From Candidatus Bathyarchaeota archaeon (GTDB taxonomy: Archaea; Thermoproteota; Bathyarchaeia; Bathyarchaeales; Bathycorpusculaceae): DNA of 64,000 nt. Below the pieces are notes generated by a model. The model was not told the DNA's origin and searched no databases. It saw only the letters and a list, made by a program, of their open reading frames with translations. Positions 18,897 to 30,061 of this stretch are shown here, in pieces. The DNA is taken from assembly GCA_963826715.1 (NCBI GenBank), contig CAWGYA010000002.1, positions 448,001 to 512,000 of the forward strand, given 5' to 3'. Each line of letters starts with the position of its first letter. Positions within the stretch are counted from its first letter, which is position 1. Both the position numbers and the translations under genes were made by a program.

Positions 18897-21875
18897 TTAG
18901 TCGCATAGGCAGTTGTAGTCGCAGTAGTTGCACTCCCAACTTCCTTTCTTAGGCTCAAATGATGCAGCCTTAATCTTAGCAGCCATCTCAGCGATTTCGG
19001 CTTGCATAGCTTCTATGGCTTTTTGTTCGGGTTCAAAGAACACTTTCTCGTTAGACCGCAAAAACCAGTCTCCAACCTTCAATTTGCCACCATCGCCATA
19101 CATGCCTCTAACTGCAAGAGCATAAACGAGTAGCTGCATATCTTTTTTAAGCTCATTTAAAGAGGGTGCTTTTTTGCTTGTCTTGTAATCCACCACAGTA
19201 TAGTTGGGTCCGTCTTTGTCGATGCGGTCGATCCTTCCTCGCAGTCTCACTTCGCCTATGGAAGTCTCAAACCATCGTTCGATTTCAAGTATCTCTGTTT
19301 TGCTCTTAGCTTGCTCATCGAGGAAAACTTTGAGGATAGCTTTGGCTTCGTCGTAGTCTCTTTTTTCATCAATATTTGATTTGTAGCCTTTCGGGTCCCA
19401 AAACTTCGCCAGCAGTTCAAAAGCCACTGCATCATCGATGGTTTTTCCGTCTTTCTGCATCCTAGTTAGCTGCTCTGCAATGCTATGAAGAGAAGAGCCA
19501 AAATCAAAGTAGTAACGCGGCTTCTCAGGAATCTTCATGACATGGCGGAACTGGTAGAGTTTGGGGCATTTCTTGTATCCAACAAATTGTGACACGCTAA
19601 AAACGTGATTCTCAGGAACTGTAACGGGTGCTTCTTCTATCTTACTTAGAAGGGAGTAGTCGGGTTCTTTTAATTTTGCAATTAATTCACCTTTGATATC
19701 TAAGGCTTTGTTTGTTGATTTAGCGAATAGAAGCACATTTTCTAAGGCATCACTGAATTTTCCTGTTGTTAGGTTTGAAAGGATTTGTTTCATGAGTTGA
19801 GTTTGTATTTGGTCCTCTTTAGTTGTTGATTCCGGAGAAAGGTCTACTCCGTCTGCTTGCTGGAAGGTTATTTTGTCGTTTTGTTGATAGTCTATTTCGG
19901 TTAGGAACCTGGATGTTTTTGAGTCTGTTTTATTATCTCCATAGCGTTTAGCGTAGGTGATTAGCAGTTTTTCCTTAGCGCGTGTTATTGCTACATAGAA
20001 AAGTCTTCTTTCCTCTTGGATATGGAGCTCTTTTTCATCAAATTCTGATTGGATACCTCTGAGCAACTCTTTTGGGATTGAGAATTTATCTTTTTGATAC
20101 CTTGTTGGCAGCTTATTCTCGACCAAGTCAGGGATAATAACTGCTGGGTACTGCATGCCTTTAACGCCATGAATCGTTGAGATGACAACTGATTGTTCTT
20201 CGAGGTTTTGTTCTTCAATCTCAAAGTTAGAGGCAAATGAGAGGTATTCTGTGAAGTCTTCAATGTCATTGTCTGGGTAGATACTGTTGAATTCCTCCCC
20301 GAACTCGTAGAATTGGTTTATTAGCTGAATGTTTCGGTTGTTTTGCAAAGCGATTTCGTATTTGTAGAATTCGCGTTCGAAAAGCAAACTGTGGATAAGG
20401 TCCAGGGTTCCAAGTCTCTTTTTAGAACTGATTATGTCAGATAGGGTTTTTTTGACTTGAAGGAACTTGAATTTATCGACCTCAATCTTGCTTAGCTGGT
20501 CAAATGCTTCGTAGAGTGACAGCTCATTTTCGCTTGCGTAGCAGTTGAATTTGCATATCTCAATCTGTTTAATTCCATAGTTGGGACGGTTTAGGATCCT
20601 TACGATTTCGGCGTTGCTTTCCAGTGGGTTACTGATTACTTGGAAGTAGGCGGTGATGTCTTTTATGATGGGTTCTTGGAAAAATCCTGTTTCGCCTACA
20701 AAGTTGAATCGGATACCTTGTTTTCGAAATGCCTTAATTATTGGCTCAGCCGTTGCTCTGCGCCTACAAAGGATCGCTATGTCCTGCGGCGAATATTTGG
20801 GTAGCATTTCTTTTACTTTTTCAAGAATGTAGTTAGCTTGTGAATAATCCGTTGGAGTCTCAATAACCGATACGTTTTCTCCGTCTTTGTTTTTGGTGAA
20901 AAGTCTCTTTTTTGTTCTTTCTGTCCTGTTTTCTATTAGTTTGTTAGCTACAGCTACGATTTTTTTGGTGCTGCGATAATTATGCTCTAAGGCGATTTCT
21001 ATGCTGTTGGGAAATATTTTTTTGAATTCAGCTATGTTTGTGAGGTACGCGCCTCGGAATCGGTAGATGCTTTGGTCATCATCCCCTACAACCGTAATAT
21101 GGCCATGCTGGCTAGCTATCAGTTGGACAATTTGCAGTTGAATATAGTTAGTATCCTGGAACTCATCCACGATGACATATTGGAATTTTTCCCGGTAGCT
21201 CTTCAAAATCAACGGTTTACTTTTCAGCAGGTTGTAAACCGTGCAAAGCATGTCTCCAAAATCAATCAAGTTATTATTCAGCTTGTATTCTTCGTAAGCC
21301 CGATAAATCTTCAATATATCTTTAAGGCAATTTAGGTCCTCTTGAGCTTCTTCATCGAGCTCTTCTTTCTCACGTTTTCCAATATACTGCTTAATATCCT
21401 CAGGTGAAACAGATTCGTCTTTGCATCTTGAAATGAACTTAGCCATTTCTTCCGCCAAAGTATATGGCTCATGATTAAACTCCAGATGTTCAATGCCAAA
21501 ACTGTTAATGTTCTTAGTCAAGTAAACTAACTGAGCAGTTTCTGTGATTACTCTAAAATTCGCATTGAGCTTGGTATTTAGAATATTATCTTGGATGAAT
21601 TGGTTACAAAAAGAATGAAAAGTCGAGATACTCAAATCCTCAGCATTTCCAACCATGCCAATGACTCGCATCTTAAGCTCCTCTGCCGCTTTTTGGTTAA
21701 AAGCTAAGGCAAGTATGTTCTCTGTTTTGGCGCCCTGTTCAATTAGATAAGCTATTTTGCTTGCCACTGTCAACGTTTTGCCGGAGCCAGCACCCGCTAT
21801 TATTAGCAGAGGTCTGTCAATTTCTTTTACGGCTTCTGCTTGCTGTGGATTCAAATTATCAAAAATGTTTGGCGT
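18897..21875 (-). CDS. UvrD/PcrA helicase fused to RecB/Cas4-like nuclease with Cys cluster
   Basis: AGAGSGKT, VDEFQDTN, VGDDDQSIYRFRGA, NYRS, EERRLFYVAITRA; GRIDRID...VDYKT; CP...CNYCDYNCLC; probable ACG start at 21875. Confidence 0.88.
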   Translation of the reverse strand, partial: TPNIFDNLNPQQAEAVKEIDRPLLIIAGAGSGKTLTVASKIAYLIEQGAKTENILALAFNQKAAEELKMRVIGMVGNAEDLSISTFHSFCNQFIQDNILNTKLNANFRVITETAQLVYLTKNINSFGIEHLEFNHEPYTLAEEMAKFISRCKDESVSPEDIKQYIGKREKEELDEEAQEDLNCLKDILKIYRAYEEYKLNNNLIDFGDMLCTVYNLLKSKPLILKSYREKFQYVIVDEFQDTNYIQLQIVQLIASQHGHITVVGDDDQSIYRFRGAYLTNIAEFKKIFPNSIEIALEHNYRSTKKIVAVANKLIENRTERTKKRLFTKNKDGENVSVIETPTDYSQANYILEKVKEMLPKYSPQDIAILCRRRATAEPIIKAFRKQGIRFNFVGETGFFQEPIIKDITAYFQVISNPLESNAEIVRILNRPNYGIKQIEICKFNCYASENELSLYEAFDQLSKIEVDKFKFLQVKKTLSDIISSKKRLGTLDLIHSLLFEREFYKYEIALQNNRNIQLINQFYEFGEEFNSIYPDNDIEDFTEYLSFASNFEIEEQNLEEQSVVISTIHGVKGMQYPAVIIPDLVENKLPTRYQKDKFSIPKELLRGIQSEFDEKELHIQEERRLFYVAITRAKEKLLITYAKRYGDNKTDSKTSRFLTEIDYQQNDKITFQQADGVDLSPESTTKEDQIQTQLMKQILSNLTTGKFSDALENVLLFAKSTNKALDIKGELIAKLKEPDYSLLSKIEEAPVTVPENHVFSVSQFVGYKKCPKLYQFRHVMKIPEKPRYYFDFGSSLHSIAEQLTRMQKDGKTIDDAVAFELLAKFWDPKGYKSNIDEKRDYDEAKAILKVFLDEQAKSKTEILEIERWFETSIGEVRLRGRIDRIDKDGPNYTVVDYKTSKKAPSLNELKKDMQLLVYALAVRGMYGDGGKLKVGDWFLRSNEKVFFEPEQKAIEAMQAEIAEMAAKIKAASFEPKKGSWECNYCDYNCLCD

Positions 21876-22023
21876 TGTGGCTGTCTCCTTTTTTAATTAA
21901 CCAATCAACCAAGTAAAGCATAGATTATGATAAAGGAATTCCAAATTTAACTTTTCTTTATCCAAAATTCAGGCTATGGGAAAATTGACGAAACTAATCT
22001 AATCTATTAGTTTTTTGCTTTGA

Positions 22024-22749
22024 CTAAACGGTTACTTTGTTTGTTATTATGACTCTATTAGAATCAGGTCTTTTTTGATATCGCCAATATTCACCGTTGA
22101 ACTCTCTTAATGTGTCTTCTAAATTTGACAGGTCAATATATGTGAAAGGTGTTTCATTTTTGAGGTCCTGAGTATTTATTTCTTGCTTTCCGTTAAAAGC
22201 TCCGTATAGGAGTATCATATCTTTTATAATGTAGCTTGGGCAAACCATTTTTTTTGATTTCCAATTATAATTGTCTTTTGAATTTACGATTATGTCAAAA
22301 TGCTCTAAAATCTTAAGGTAATAGCCCACTACATACTTGACGATGCGGCGGTCACCATATTTTTCAACCGTTGAGAAATATAGTGCACGCCTATCCAAAC
22401 CGTCTGTGTGTAAGTACTTTAGATTAATCTTTTCTTGAATAAATTGTGCGACATCGCTCCTACTGAGTAGAGTAAATAACAAGACCGGCTTAATTGAATC
22501 AAACGTATATTTTACTGAAATATCATGCAAGTAATTAGCATCAAAGTATTCGACTCCACTCACTTTCGTTAAGTTGAGGTAATATCGTCTAATTATTGTC
22601 ATTATGTTTTTTTTCGATTTTAATCCCTGGGGTTCGATGATGGAGTTAAATTCGGGTTCAAGGTTTTTGTATTGCAATCCTGGCTTACTTAATTTAAGGA
22701 TTTTATAAACCCATTCAGGTTTGAAAGCTCTGTCCAGGCCGATTATCAT
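22024..22749 (-). CDS. brxA: BREX type 3 BrxA-like protein
   Basis: 241 aa, IGLDRAFKPEWV start; last gene of the operon, overlapping pglZ. Confidence 0.65.
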   Translation of the reverse strand: MIIGLDRAFKPEWVYKILKLSKPGLQYKNLEPEFNSIIEPQGLKSKKNIMTIIRRYYLNLTKVSGVEYFDANYLHDISVKYTFDSIKPVLLFTLLSRSDVAQFIQEKINLKYLHTDGLDRRALYFSTVEKYGDRRIVKYVVGYYLKILEHFDIIVNSKDNYNWKSKKMVCPSYIIKDMILLYGAFNGKQEINTQDLKNETPFTYIDLSNLEDTLREFNGEYWRYQKRPDSNRVIITNKVTV

Positions 22750-24653
22750 TCAAACACCACTAAAGGTACAATTAACTCCTCAGGTGAGATTCCGCCATGT
22801 GTGATTGCCATGTCCCCGTAGTTTTTAAAGCAATCATTTCCTATAGGAAGAACTAATATCAAATCTTTTGGTAACATAGCATAAGAGTATGAAAATAGCT
22901 TTTGATGATTTTTATCAATAGCCTCTTCTGCAAAAATTTCGCTATCATAGAATAGACATCTCGAAGATTCGGTGCATATCTGCAAATTCTTGTTGACTTT
23001 GATTCCGTTGCCTTTGCAAAAGACATTTCCATGATCTGAAGTCAGAATGATTTGGTATCCATCATTTTTAAGCTGTTTGATGAGCTCTTTAATAGAAGAA
23101 GAATGTATGTGATTTGCTGCATTCTTATAGAAGTTTCTTTTTCCTACATCAATTATAATGTTCTCGTGGCTCAGGTCGTCGAACAGATTACATATTAATG
23201 CTAAGTAATCGTACCCTTTAAGGTGCTCGTATCGCTTTTCCGTGCTTTTGGTTTTTATTGTATTGGTCTTCAGATTTATGTGGCCATATAATACATTGTC
23301 TTTTTTGAATCCTCTTTCTGCCATGGCGCTCAGAAATTCTTTTTCTTCGTTTGGGAATTCAAATTTCGAATTCATGAAATCTTTTGGGGTTTTGCCGGAG
23401 AATATTGCTGTTCTTGAAAACGATGTAACTGTTGGGAGAACTGCGAACAGGCTTTTTTCAGTTATTTTAAATTCTTTGAGGTTTTCTCGAAGGAGGAACC
23501 ATTCATCAAAGGACATTCCGTCCATTACAATTAAAGCTATGTTTCTATTAAATTGGCTTTTTGAATAATCTATGACTTTGTCTATCGTCAAAGGCTTGTT
23601 TGATTGTGACGCATAAAACAAATTTTCATAGTTGTTATTGCTAGTATTGATTAGGTGTTTTCTGAAAAGTCTGTCAAAATTTTCATATTCTGTATCAAGA
23701 TTAACAAAATCATCCATTTTCAAGTTGTCATTTATCTGTATCCGATAGATGATTTCACAAAATAGCCTTGAAACGGTCATGATATCGTCTAGCTCATTAA
23801 AGCTAAATTCCTTTTTTATTAATTCATCGATCTTGTAATGATAATCAGCAACCATTGCAATTATCTTTCTTTGAGTCATTTCTTGATCAGGTGACTCTTT
23901 GAATTTTGCAAGCCAGAGTTCTTTATAGATCATATCATTATCGATAGGCAGCTCCAGATGGTTAGTTAAACTGAGTTTAAGTAAATAAAATTGGATAATA
24001 GGATCGGACAATTTTAAAATAGGAAATTTCCCAGATTCTTTTTGAATTATATATGCCTTAATTTGATTTTTGATCCAATTTATAAAATCAGGCTTGTTAT
24101 TTTTGAATTCTCTTAAATCAACTTCAAGTTTTTTAGAAGCACTGTCAATAATAGATTTCGGAATGTCTCCGTTATCAATAATATAAGATAATGCTATTTT
24201 GAAATTTTCAGTTATGGAGTGAAGTTTACCCAAATCAATATTCCAGATACTTTTAAGAATGAACTCCTCTGTGCTTCCTGCATCCAAACCGAGGTTCTTT
24301 CTTTCGCAATAATCGTTGTATAGCGTCTGGTAATAAGTTGAATCTAATTGTTTTATCATATCAGACTCGAATTCGGGAAAGATATCGGACAGGAGAATTT
24401 CTTTTATCCTGAAATTATTTCTTATAAAAAAACTTTCGTTTCTTTTTGAGGAATAGACAATAATACGATTATTTCTATTTTGACTAAGAAAGATGTGTAG
24501 AGATGCGTCATCTCTAAATTCTTGAAGTTTATAGTTCTTTGCAAGTTCATTTTTGAGATTGCCATCTCTGAGAAGATTCGAGGGGTCATATACATAGATT
24601 TTATCGCCAAGCAATTGAATATCCTTGATTATCGAGGTAAACCATTTCTTCAT
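22746..24653 (-). CDS. pglZ: BREX alkaline-phosphatase-fold protein PglZ
   Basis: IVMDGMS, LPTVTSFSRTAIFSG, TSDHGN, THGGISPEE. Confidence 0.92.
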   Translation of the reverse strand: MKKWFTSIIKDIQLLGDKIYVYDPSNLLRDGNLKNELAKNYKLQEFRDDASLHIFLSQNRNNRIIVYSSKRNESFFIRNNFRIKEILLSDIFPEFESDMIKQLDSTYYQTLYNDYCERKNLGLDAGSTEEFILKSIWNIDLGKLHSITENFKIALSYIIDNGDIPKSIIDSASKKLEVDLREFKNNKPDFINWIKNQIKAYIIQKESGKFPILKLSDPIIQFYLLKLSLTNHLELPIDNDMIYKELWLAKFKESPDQEMTQRKIIAMVADYHYKIDELIKKEFSFNELDDIMTVSRLFCEIIYRIQINDNLKMDDFVNLDTEYENFDRLFRKHLINTSNNNYENLFYASQSNKPLTIDKVIDYSKSQFNRNIALIVMDGMSFDEWFLLRENLKEFKITEKSLFAVLPTVTSFSRTAIFSGKTPKDFMNSKFEFPNEEKEFLSAMAERGFKKDNVLYGHINLKTNTIKTKSTEKRYEHLKGYDYLALICNLFDDLSHENIIIDVGKRNFYKNAANHIHSSSIKELIKQLKNDGYQIILTSDHGNVFCKGNGIKVNKNLQICTESSRCLFYDSEIFAEEAIDKNHQKLFSYSYAMLPKDLILVLPIGNDCFKNYGDMAITHGGISPEELIVPLVVFE

Positions 24654-24656
24654 ACG

Positions 24657-27185
24657 CTAATCATCTTTTGCCAGCGCCCAATCAATTATTGCATAAATCT
24701 CGTCATCAGACTGAATCACTTTACTATCCAACTTCTTTCCAATAGCTCTAATCTGATCGACACCCTTCTTGTTGTATAGCTGAATTAAGCCATGCAACAA
24801 GGCCTCCTTTCTAACGTCAAAAATCTTCTTACCAGCCTTAGTTTCTTCAACTATTTGCTGGAACTCCTTATTCAATCTCTTATCTCGCATATCTTCCTTC
24901 TCTTTCTTTTCAGCTATAGATGGGAGCCTGTACTTTCCAGTCTCAGTCACAAAATTTTCTTCCAACATCAACTTTAATTCAGGAATTTTGTCATCCGAAG
25001 TTAGAAGATTTTTGTTGTACTCAATGGATACTTCACCGTAACTTCTGGGTATTCTCAAGAATTGAGAAAGCCAAATTATTGCTGTCTTCTCACTGTCAAT
25101 TCCTAGCACTGTTTGATCGAGATTAAATTTGCCAATGCTTTTCTTCAGCTTTAATCTCTTTTCATATTCAGATATTTGCTCTTTATTGAACCAAAATCCA
25201 TCTCTTTCCATGAAGTTGTTTCTAAGCAAGCCATAGAACTCAGAGGCATCAATTCTAACTTCAAAACCATTCTGAATATATTGAGCAAGAAGCTTAGAAT
25301 ATAACATTTGTCGGCTTCTCTCAATATTTGGCTCAACAGGTAGCTTTTCTAAATGTACTTCAATGAATTCTTTCTCAAGATTTAATCCACCTTTTCTTAA
25401 GAAAGATACCCGAAATTCATCTGATGGCTTGTAAGCATTAATAATAAGATCATTTTTTACCGAACCTGCTGATGTTACCTGCTTGAAAGTAGTTTGCTTT
25501 TTATCTAACACTGCAACTTGCCCAATAATGAAGCCTGCTTTGACAATAGCTTCATGTATACACTTCCAAACCGATGCTTGAGAATTATGAAATTCTATCG
25601 TTATCCATCTGTTAGGTTTTAAAATGTCAAAATACTCTTTAAAAGAATTTGTCATCAATTGTCGGTATTCATTTAACGTTTTGTTTTGTGTGTTATTAAT
25701 AATTGCCTCCTCTTTATTGTTTGTAAAGACTTTTAACCAAGCCTCCCACATGAAATTTAGTTCTGAATACATTAGATTTCCACCAAACGGTGGATCGGTA
25801 AAAATATAATCGACACTATTTTTAGGAACATTTCTCAATGATGAAGCCGATTGAGTAGAAATACATAAGCAAGGTTTTAGCTCATTCAAAAATTGCTGCA
25901 ATCTACTTGTCTTGTTTATGTGTTCTCTTAAAACCTTAATCATAGAAAGTTCTTTGTTTAAAGAAGGAACATAAAGCGTTCCACTCATAGGTCCACCCCC
26001 AGCTCCAAATTGAGCACCTTGGGATACGAACCTGTATCTTTTCGTTACAGTAGTTCCTACGGATGTTACATTAAAAAATCTTGTCGGTGATCGCATTTTA
26101 GCTGCAAAAGCTGACAAAACCAACAAATTTCTCAAAGAATAAAATTGGTGAATATTAGTAATCCCTCTTTTGTCATTTCTTCTTGATTCGTCCCCTTCCG
26201 GCATCCTATTTATTGGGAACCAGTATGGAATTACGTTGCTCTCTATTTTTTTGAGGGTTTCGTCATCTTGTTTGTCTGGTCTTTTACTATATCTTTTGTT
26301 TTGAAAAACATATGAAATATACACTTGCTTTTGCTTTCTCAATATTACTTCTTCACCTAAGATGGGATCATATACTTTTTCATATGCACTCTTTCCTTTG
26401 CTAGTCGATAGATCTGCACTACATGAAGGGCAAAAATACTGATCTTTTATTTTTCCTATTTCAACATTAACTGCTGTATCCCAAAAAACGTATTCATTAC
26501 TACAATGAGGGCATATGAAAACGTCACTCCATATTGAATAAATTATCTTGCCCATTTTACCTTGGGAGAACGATCTCTCATCATGGACTGTTTCAAACAT
26601 CCATCCATATTCTTTTTCGATTTCGTCAACTGTTTTAGCGGCTTCGTCCCCGTAATTCAGACCCAAAAACGGAAAATTATATCCAAATGCGATGAATGTG
26701 GCAGCTGGGGATAAATCTAGTAATATTGCTCTCCTTTTCGTCGTTGAAGCAGCTATACCAGTCATACCAGTTCCACAAAAACCGTCCAGAATTATATCGC
26801 CAGGATCGGTATAGTGCACTATGAATTTCTCAATTGCCTTGTAGGGTACTTTGGTATGATAACAGTGTGTTAGATATATAGGATCATTCTTACCTTCGCT
26901 TATGTCACCAACAAATGGTTCTTTTTTATAGTTGTCTGTCTCTGAATTGTATGGTTTTCCATATTTTTGTACAAATTGAGTTAGATAGGGGTTAGGATAA
27001 GCTGTATAATAAGGGGGGTTTGATAACTCCAGTATATCCTCATCGTCACCTTTGGGAAACCCCTCTAAAGCTTTCATTCTTTCCATGTCTTGCTTAATCT
27101 TTTCTTGAGTCAGCTCTAATGATTTAACAAAATCATCATCCTTCTGGTTCTCAATTAATCTATTTTGCTTCATGGAATACCACAT
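24657..27185 (-). CDS. pglXI: BREX type 3 DNA methyltransferase PglXI
   Basis: YHTKVP, DGFCGTGMTG (SAM binding), CPHC/CPSC, FTDPPFG catalytic motif. Confidence 0.85.
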   Translation of the reverse strand: MWYSMKQNRLIENQKDDDFVKSLELTQEKIKQDMERMKALEGFPKGDDEDILELSNPPYYTAYPNPYLTQFVQKYGKPYNSETDNYKKEPFVGDISEGKNDPIYLTHCYHTKVPYKAIEKFIVHYTDPGDIILDGFCGTGMTGIAASTTKRRAILLDLSPAATFIAFGYNFPFLGLNYGDEAAKTVDEIEKEYGWMFETVHDERSFSQGKMGKIIYSIWSDVFICPHCSNEYVFWDTAVNVEIGKIKDQYFCPSCSADLSTSKGKSAYEKVYDPILGEEVILRKQKQVYISYVFQNKRYSKRPDKQDDETLKKIESNVIPYWFPINRMPEGDESRRNDKRGITNIHQFYSLRNLLVLSAFAAKMRSPTRFFNVTSVGTTVTKRYRFVSQGAQFGAGGGPMSGTLYVPSLNKELSMIKVLREHINKTSRLQQFLNELKPCLCISTQSASSLRNVPKNSVDYIFTDPPFGGNLMYSELNFMWEAWLKVFTNNKEEAIINNTQNKTLNEYRQLMTNSFKEYFDILKPNRWITIEFHNSQASVWKCIHEAIVKAGFIIGQVAVLDKKQTTFKQVTSAGSVKNDLIINAYKPSDEFRVSFLRKGGLNLEKEFIEVHLEKLPVEPNIERSRQMLYSKLLAQYIQNGFEVRIDASEFYGLLRNNFMERDGFWFNKEQISEYEKRLKLKKSIGKFNLDQTVLGIDSEKTAIIWLSQFLRIPRSYGEVSIEYNKNLLTSDDKIPELKLMLEENFVTETGKYRLPSIAEKKEKEDMRDKRLNKEFQQIVEETKAGKKIFDVRKEALLHGLIQLYNKKGVDQIRAIGKKLDSKVIQSDDEIYAIIDWALAKDD

Positions 27186-30061
27186 TATTTAGTTATTCGA
27201 ATTTGGGTAACTGCAAATAGTTTGATGATGGGTACGAGATTTTTCTTCCTTTCAAGCCCTATTTTTTCTTGAATCCTTTGCTGCAACAGTTCTTTTAGTT
27301 TTGATTCTTTTATATTAGCTATTGCGATATTCTGAATTGCTTTTTCCTTATCATCAAAATACTTTGAGTACTTTTCCTGTTCTTCGGTAACCTTTTTTAT
27401 CAATTCAAGCTTGGCTACGCTAAAAAGTTGCCGCACTTTGCTTTCGAGTTCTAAGTTAGAGACTTCCATTGCTTTATCAGGTTCTGTAATAACTTTCACA
27501 TTTATTCCAGTTTGCAAACTCTGACTGCCTTCCAGATTTTCAAGTAGTCTACTTACATTTTCATTGTATTTCAAATTATCATCTATGAATACAGGGGCCA
27601 AGAATCTTCTTAAGAATCCTTGATTATTTGTGAAATCGACTCTATAATAAAAAAGGAGCCCTTTTGTCTCATAATTCGAATTTAATAGTTCAGCAGTAAA
27701 AGTAAGAAAATCTTTTTCCATAATTTCCTCAGTGATTTTTTGGACCAACGGATGTGTAATGCCTATGTACTCATAATTTTCGTTCTCCAGAGCGATATCC
27801 TTGTCAAAAACAGCATTTCTTAGCCTTGAATCCCCAATTTGCTGGTCTGAATAATACACACCTTTCGACTTTGAATACTCAGTCAATGCTGAGTTGCTCA
27901 TCTTACCATAAGATTCAACGAGATTCTTAATAATTAATGACGCATTCTTAACAACTGAGTTCTGAAGTTTTTTAAAATCTATTGGGTCAGAGAAAGGAAC
28001 AAGATATTCTTGCTTTTCAATAATATCTTGAGCTCGGCTGTAAATTTCGTCACCTATTTTTTGGAGCTCCAAAGCTTTGCTGTTATTGAACTTAATCGCT
28101 TCAATGAATATCTTATCAAAATTGAATTCGTCTTGTAATAGACTCAGCACATCTGTTTTCTTGTCATCGCCAAATTGCGCAGCGATTCTATCCAGCTTTT
28201 CATTGAGAACATCTCTAATTCTTTCTTCAACGGTATCCTTTAGGATAAAATTGAACACAAGGACGTCTTTCTTTTGGCCAATTCTATCAAGCCTTCCGAT
28301 CCTTTGTTCAATTTTCATTGGATTCCAAGGTAAATCGTAATTAATCATAATGTGGGCAAATTGAAGGTTGATGCCTTCCCCGCCTGCGTCTGTTGAAATT
28401 AAAATTTGAAAATCTTCTTTGAACTTCATTTTTGCTTCAATCTTTTTGTCGAGAGGCATTTTTCCATTCAAGTAGGCAACTTTGAAACCCAGACTTTCCA
28501 GTATTTCTCCGAGATATTTCTGAGTTGAGATAAATTCAGTAAAAATCAAAAATTTTGTATGCAAATCGCTTTCTCTTTTGATAACCTCATTTATTATTTC
28601 AACAGCTTTTTTCACTTTAAAATCGTGGCGACCAAAGCTTGCTCTCTTAGCTAACATAACGCATTTAGTTAGTATTTCTATTTCGTCATTTATTTTAGAT
28701 TCAATTGCAATAATATTCCTTTTACTCTCAGCAGGATCGCTTATTAACTCATCATAAGCCTCCTGACCCTGCAAATCATCAAGCTCAACATCGTCTGCAA
28801 TTTTCTTTATTTCTTTTGATGTTTCAGATGATATGCCTCGTAACAATTCAAGTCGTTTGTTAAGCGCCTCGTATATTGCTCGGGAGCTACTGGACACCAT
28901 TCTCTGATACAATATAAGAAGAAACATGAAAGCGAAATTTCCCTCTCTCGATGCTAGGTTATAATAGCTCGAAACATAATCGCTGACTTCATCGTATAGT
29001 TGGACCTCAATATCCTCAGGTTCTCTCTGAATTTTAACAATGCTCGTAATTCTTGATTTAAAGATAAGATTACCATTGAAATCTGTAGCTGCCCTTTTCT
29101 TATTCTTGATCGTTACAGATCTTACGTTATCGGGAATTAGAGAATCTGATGCATAAAACTTGTAAGAGTCAATCAAGGAGAGCAAGTGTCTAAATTTTTC
29201 CCCATCCCCTTGATGAGGTGTCGCAGTCAACAAAAGAAAAATTGGCGTAACCTCAGAAAGCGCTTTCCCAATCTTATATCTTGATGTTTCTGTACCTTCT
29301 GAGTCTTTACTTAACTTGTGCGCTTCATCAAAAATTACCATATCCCAATCTGCGTTAATACATCCGTCAGTAACATTTTGATTATGCTCTTCTCTACTTT
29401 TTCTCACTTGCTCAGATAAAGAATTCCTAATTGCTTTTGGCTTAAGAAAGTCAAGAGAGGTAATAACATAATTGTATTTTTTCCAAACGTTTACATTTCC
29501 ATGAATCTCTTGCAGAGCTCTGAAGGTATTCCTATCTATGATAGTGAAATCTTCATTAAATTTAGTTTTTAATTCATCTTTCCATTGGGATGTTAATCCT
29601 GCGGGAGTTATGATGATTATTCTTTTTACCATATTTCTAAGCTTTAGTTCTTCGAATATCAATGAAGCTTCGATTGTTTTACCTAAACCTACCTCGTCAG
29701 CAATTAGGCATCTTGGCTTGAATTGTTCAATGATTTGGTTTACTGCTAATATTTGATGAGGTAAAGGAACAATTTTGAAATTATTGGCCGCGACAATTTT
29801 GTCCTGGTATAGCAATGCATTGATTTTTTCAGATAATATTCGAAGTTTCAAAAGATGTAAAACATCGAATTCTCCGTTATTTAACTTTTCAAGCGGAGTT
29901 ACTACCTTTGAAGTATCTTTTTCCTCAAGCGTCAAAGTCTCCTTAGATTTAGGAAAATAAATCTCATAATAATTGGTGCCATCAAAGGAATGAATATTGA
30001 TTATTCGACCTTGCTCTAAATCAGCATATACTGGACTTCTGACTATGTCTCCAATTTTCGT
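27185..30061 (-). CDS. brxHII: BREX SNF2/RapA-like helicase BrxHII
   Basis: ADEVGLGKT, FDEAH, LLTATPHQG, STDAGGEGINLQ, EQRIGRLDRIGQ; frame extends 42 codons upstream of 29935 to ACG-KIGDIV. Confidence 0.85.
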   Translation of the reverse strand, partial: TKIGDIVRSPVYADLEQGRIINIHSFDGTNYYEIYFPKSKETLTLEEKDTSKVVTPLEKLNNGEFDVLHLLKLRILSEKINALLYQDKIVAANNFKIVPLPHQILAVNQIIEQFKPRCLIADEVGLGKTIEASLIFEELKLRNMVKRIIIITPAGLTSQWKDELKTKFNEDFTIIDRNTFRALQEIHGNVNVWKKYNYVITSLDFLKPKAIRNSLSEQVRKSREEHNQNVTDGCINADWDMVIFDEAHKLSKDSEGTETSRYKIGKALSEVTPIFLLLTATPHQGDGEKFRHLLSLIDSYKFYASDSLIPDNVRSVTIKNKKRAATDFNGNLIFKSRITSIVKIQREPEDIEVQLYDEVSDYVSSYYNLASREGNFAFMFLLILYQRMVSSSSRAIYEALNKRLELLRGISSETSKEIKKIADDVELDDLQGQEAYDELISDPAESKRNIIAIESKINDEIEILTKCVMLAKRASFGRHDFKVKKAVEIINEVIKRESDLHTKFLIFTEFISTQKYLGEILESLGFKVAYLNGKMPLDKKIEAKMKFKEDFQILISTDAGGEGINLQFAHIMINYDLPWNPMKIEQRIGRLDRIGQKKDVLVFNFILKDTVEERIRDVLNEKLDRIAAQFGDDKKTDVLSLLQDEFNFDKIFIEAIKFNNSKALELQKIGDEIYSRAQDIIEKQEYLVPFSDPIDFKKLQNSVVKNASLIIKNLVESYGKMSNSALTEYSKSKGVYYSDQQIGDSRLRNAVFDKDIALENENYEYIGITHPLVQKITEEIMEKDFLTFTAELLNSNYETKGLLFYYRVDFTNNQGFLRRFLAPVFIDDNLKYNENVSRLLENLEGSQSLQTGINVKVITEPDKAMEVSNLELESKVRQLFSVAKLELIKKVTEEQEKYSKYFDDKEKAIQNIAIANIKESKLKELLQQRIQEKIGLERKKNLVPIIKLFAVTQIRITK

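Noticed and set aside
18897-19600. Cas4 / CRISPR adaptation gene
   Set aside because: The Cas4-like nuclease is the C-terminal domain of a UvrD fusion; no cas1/cas2 or array is present
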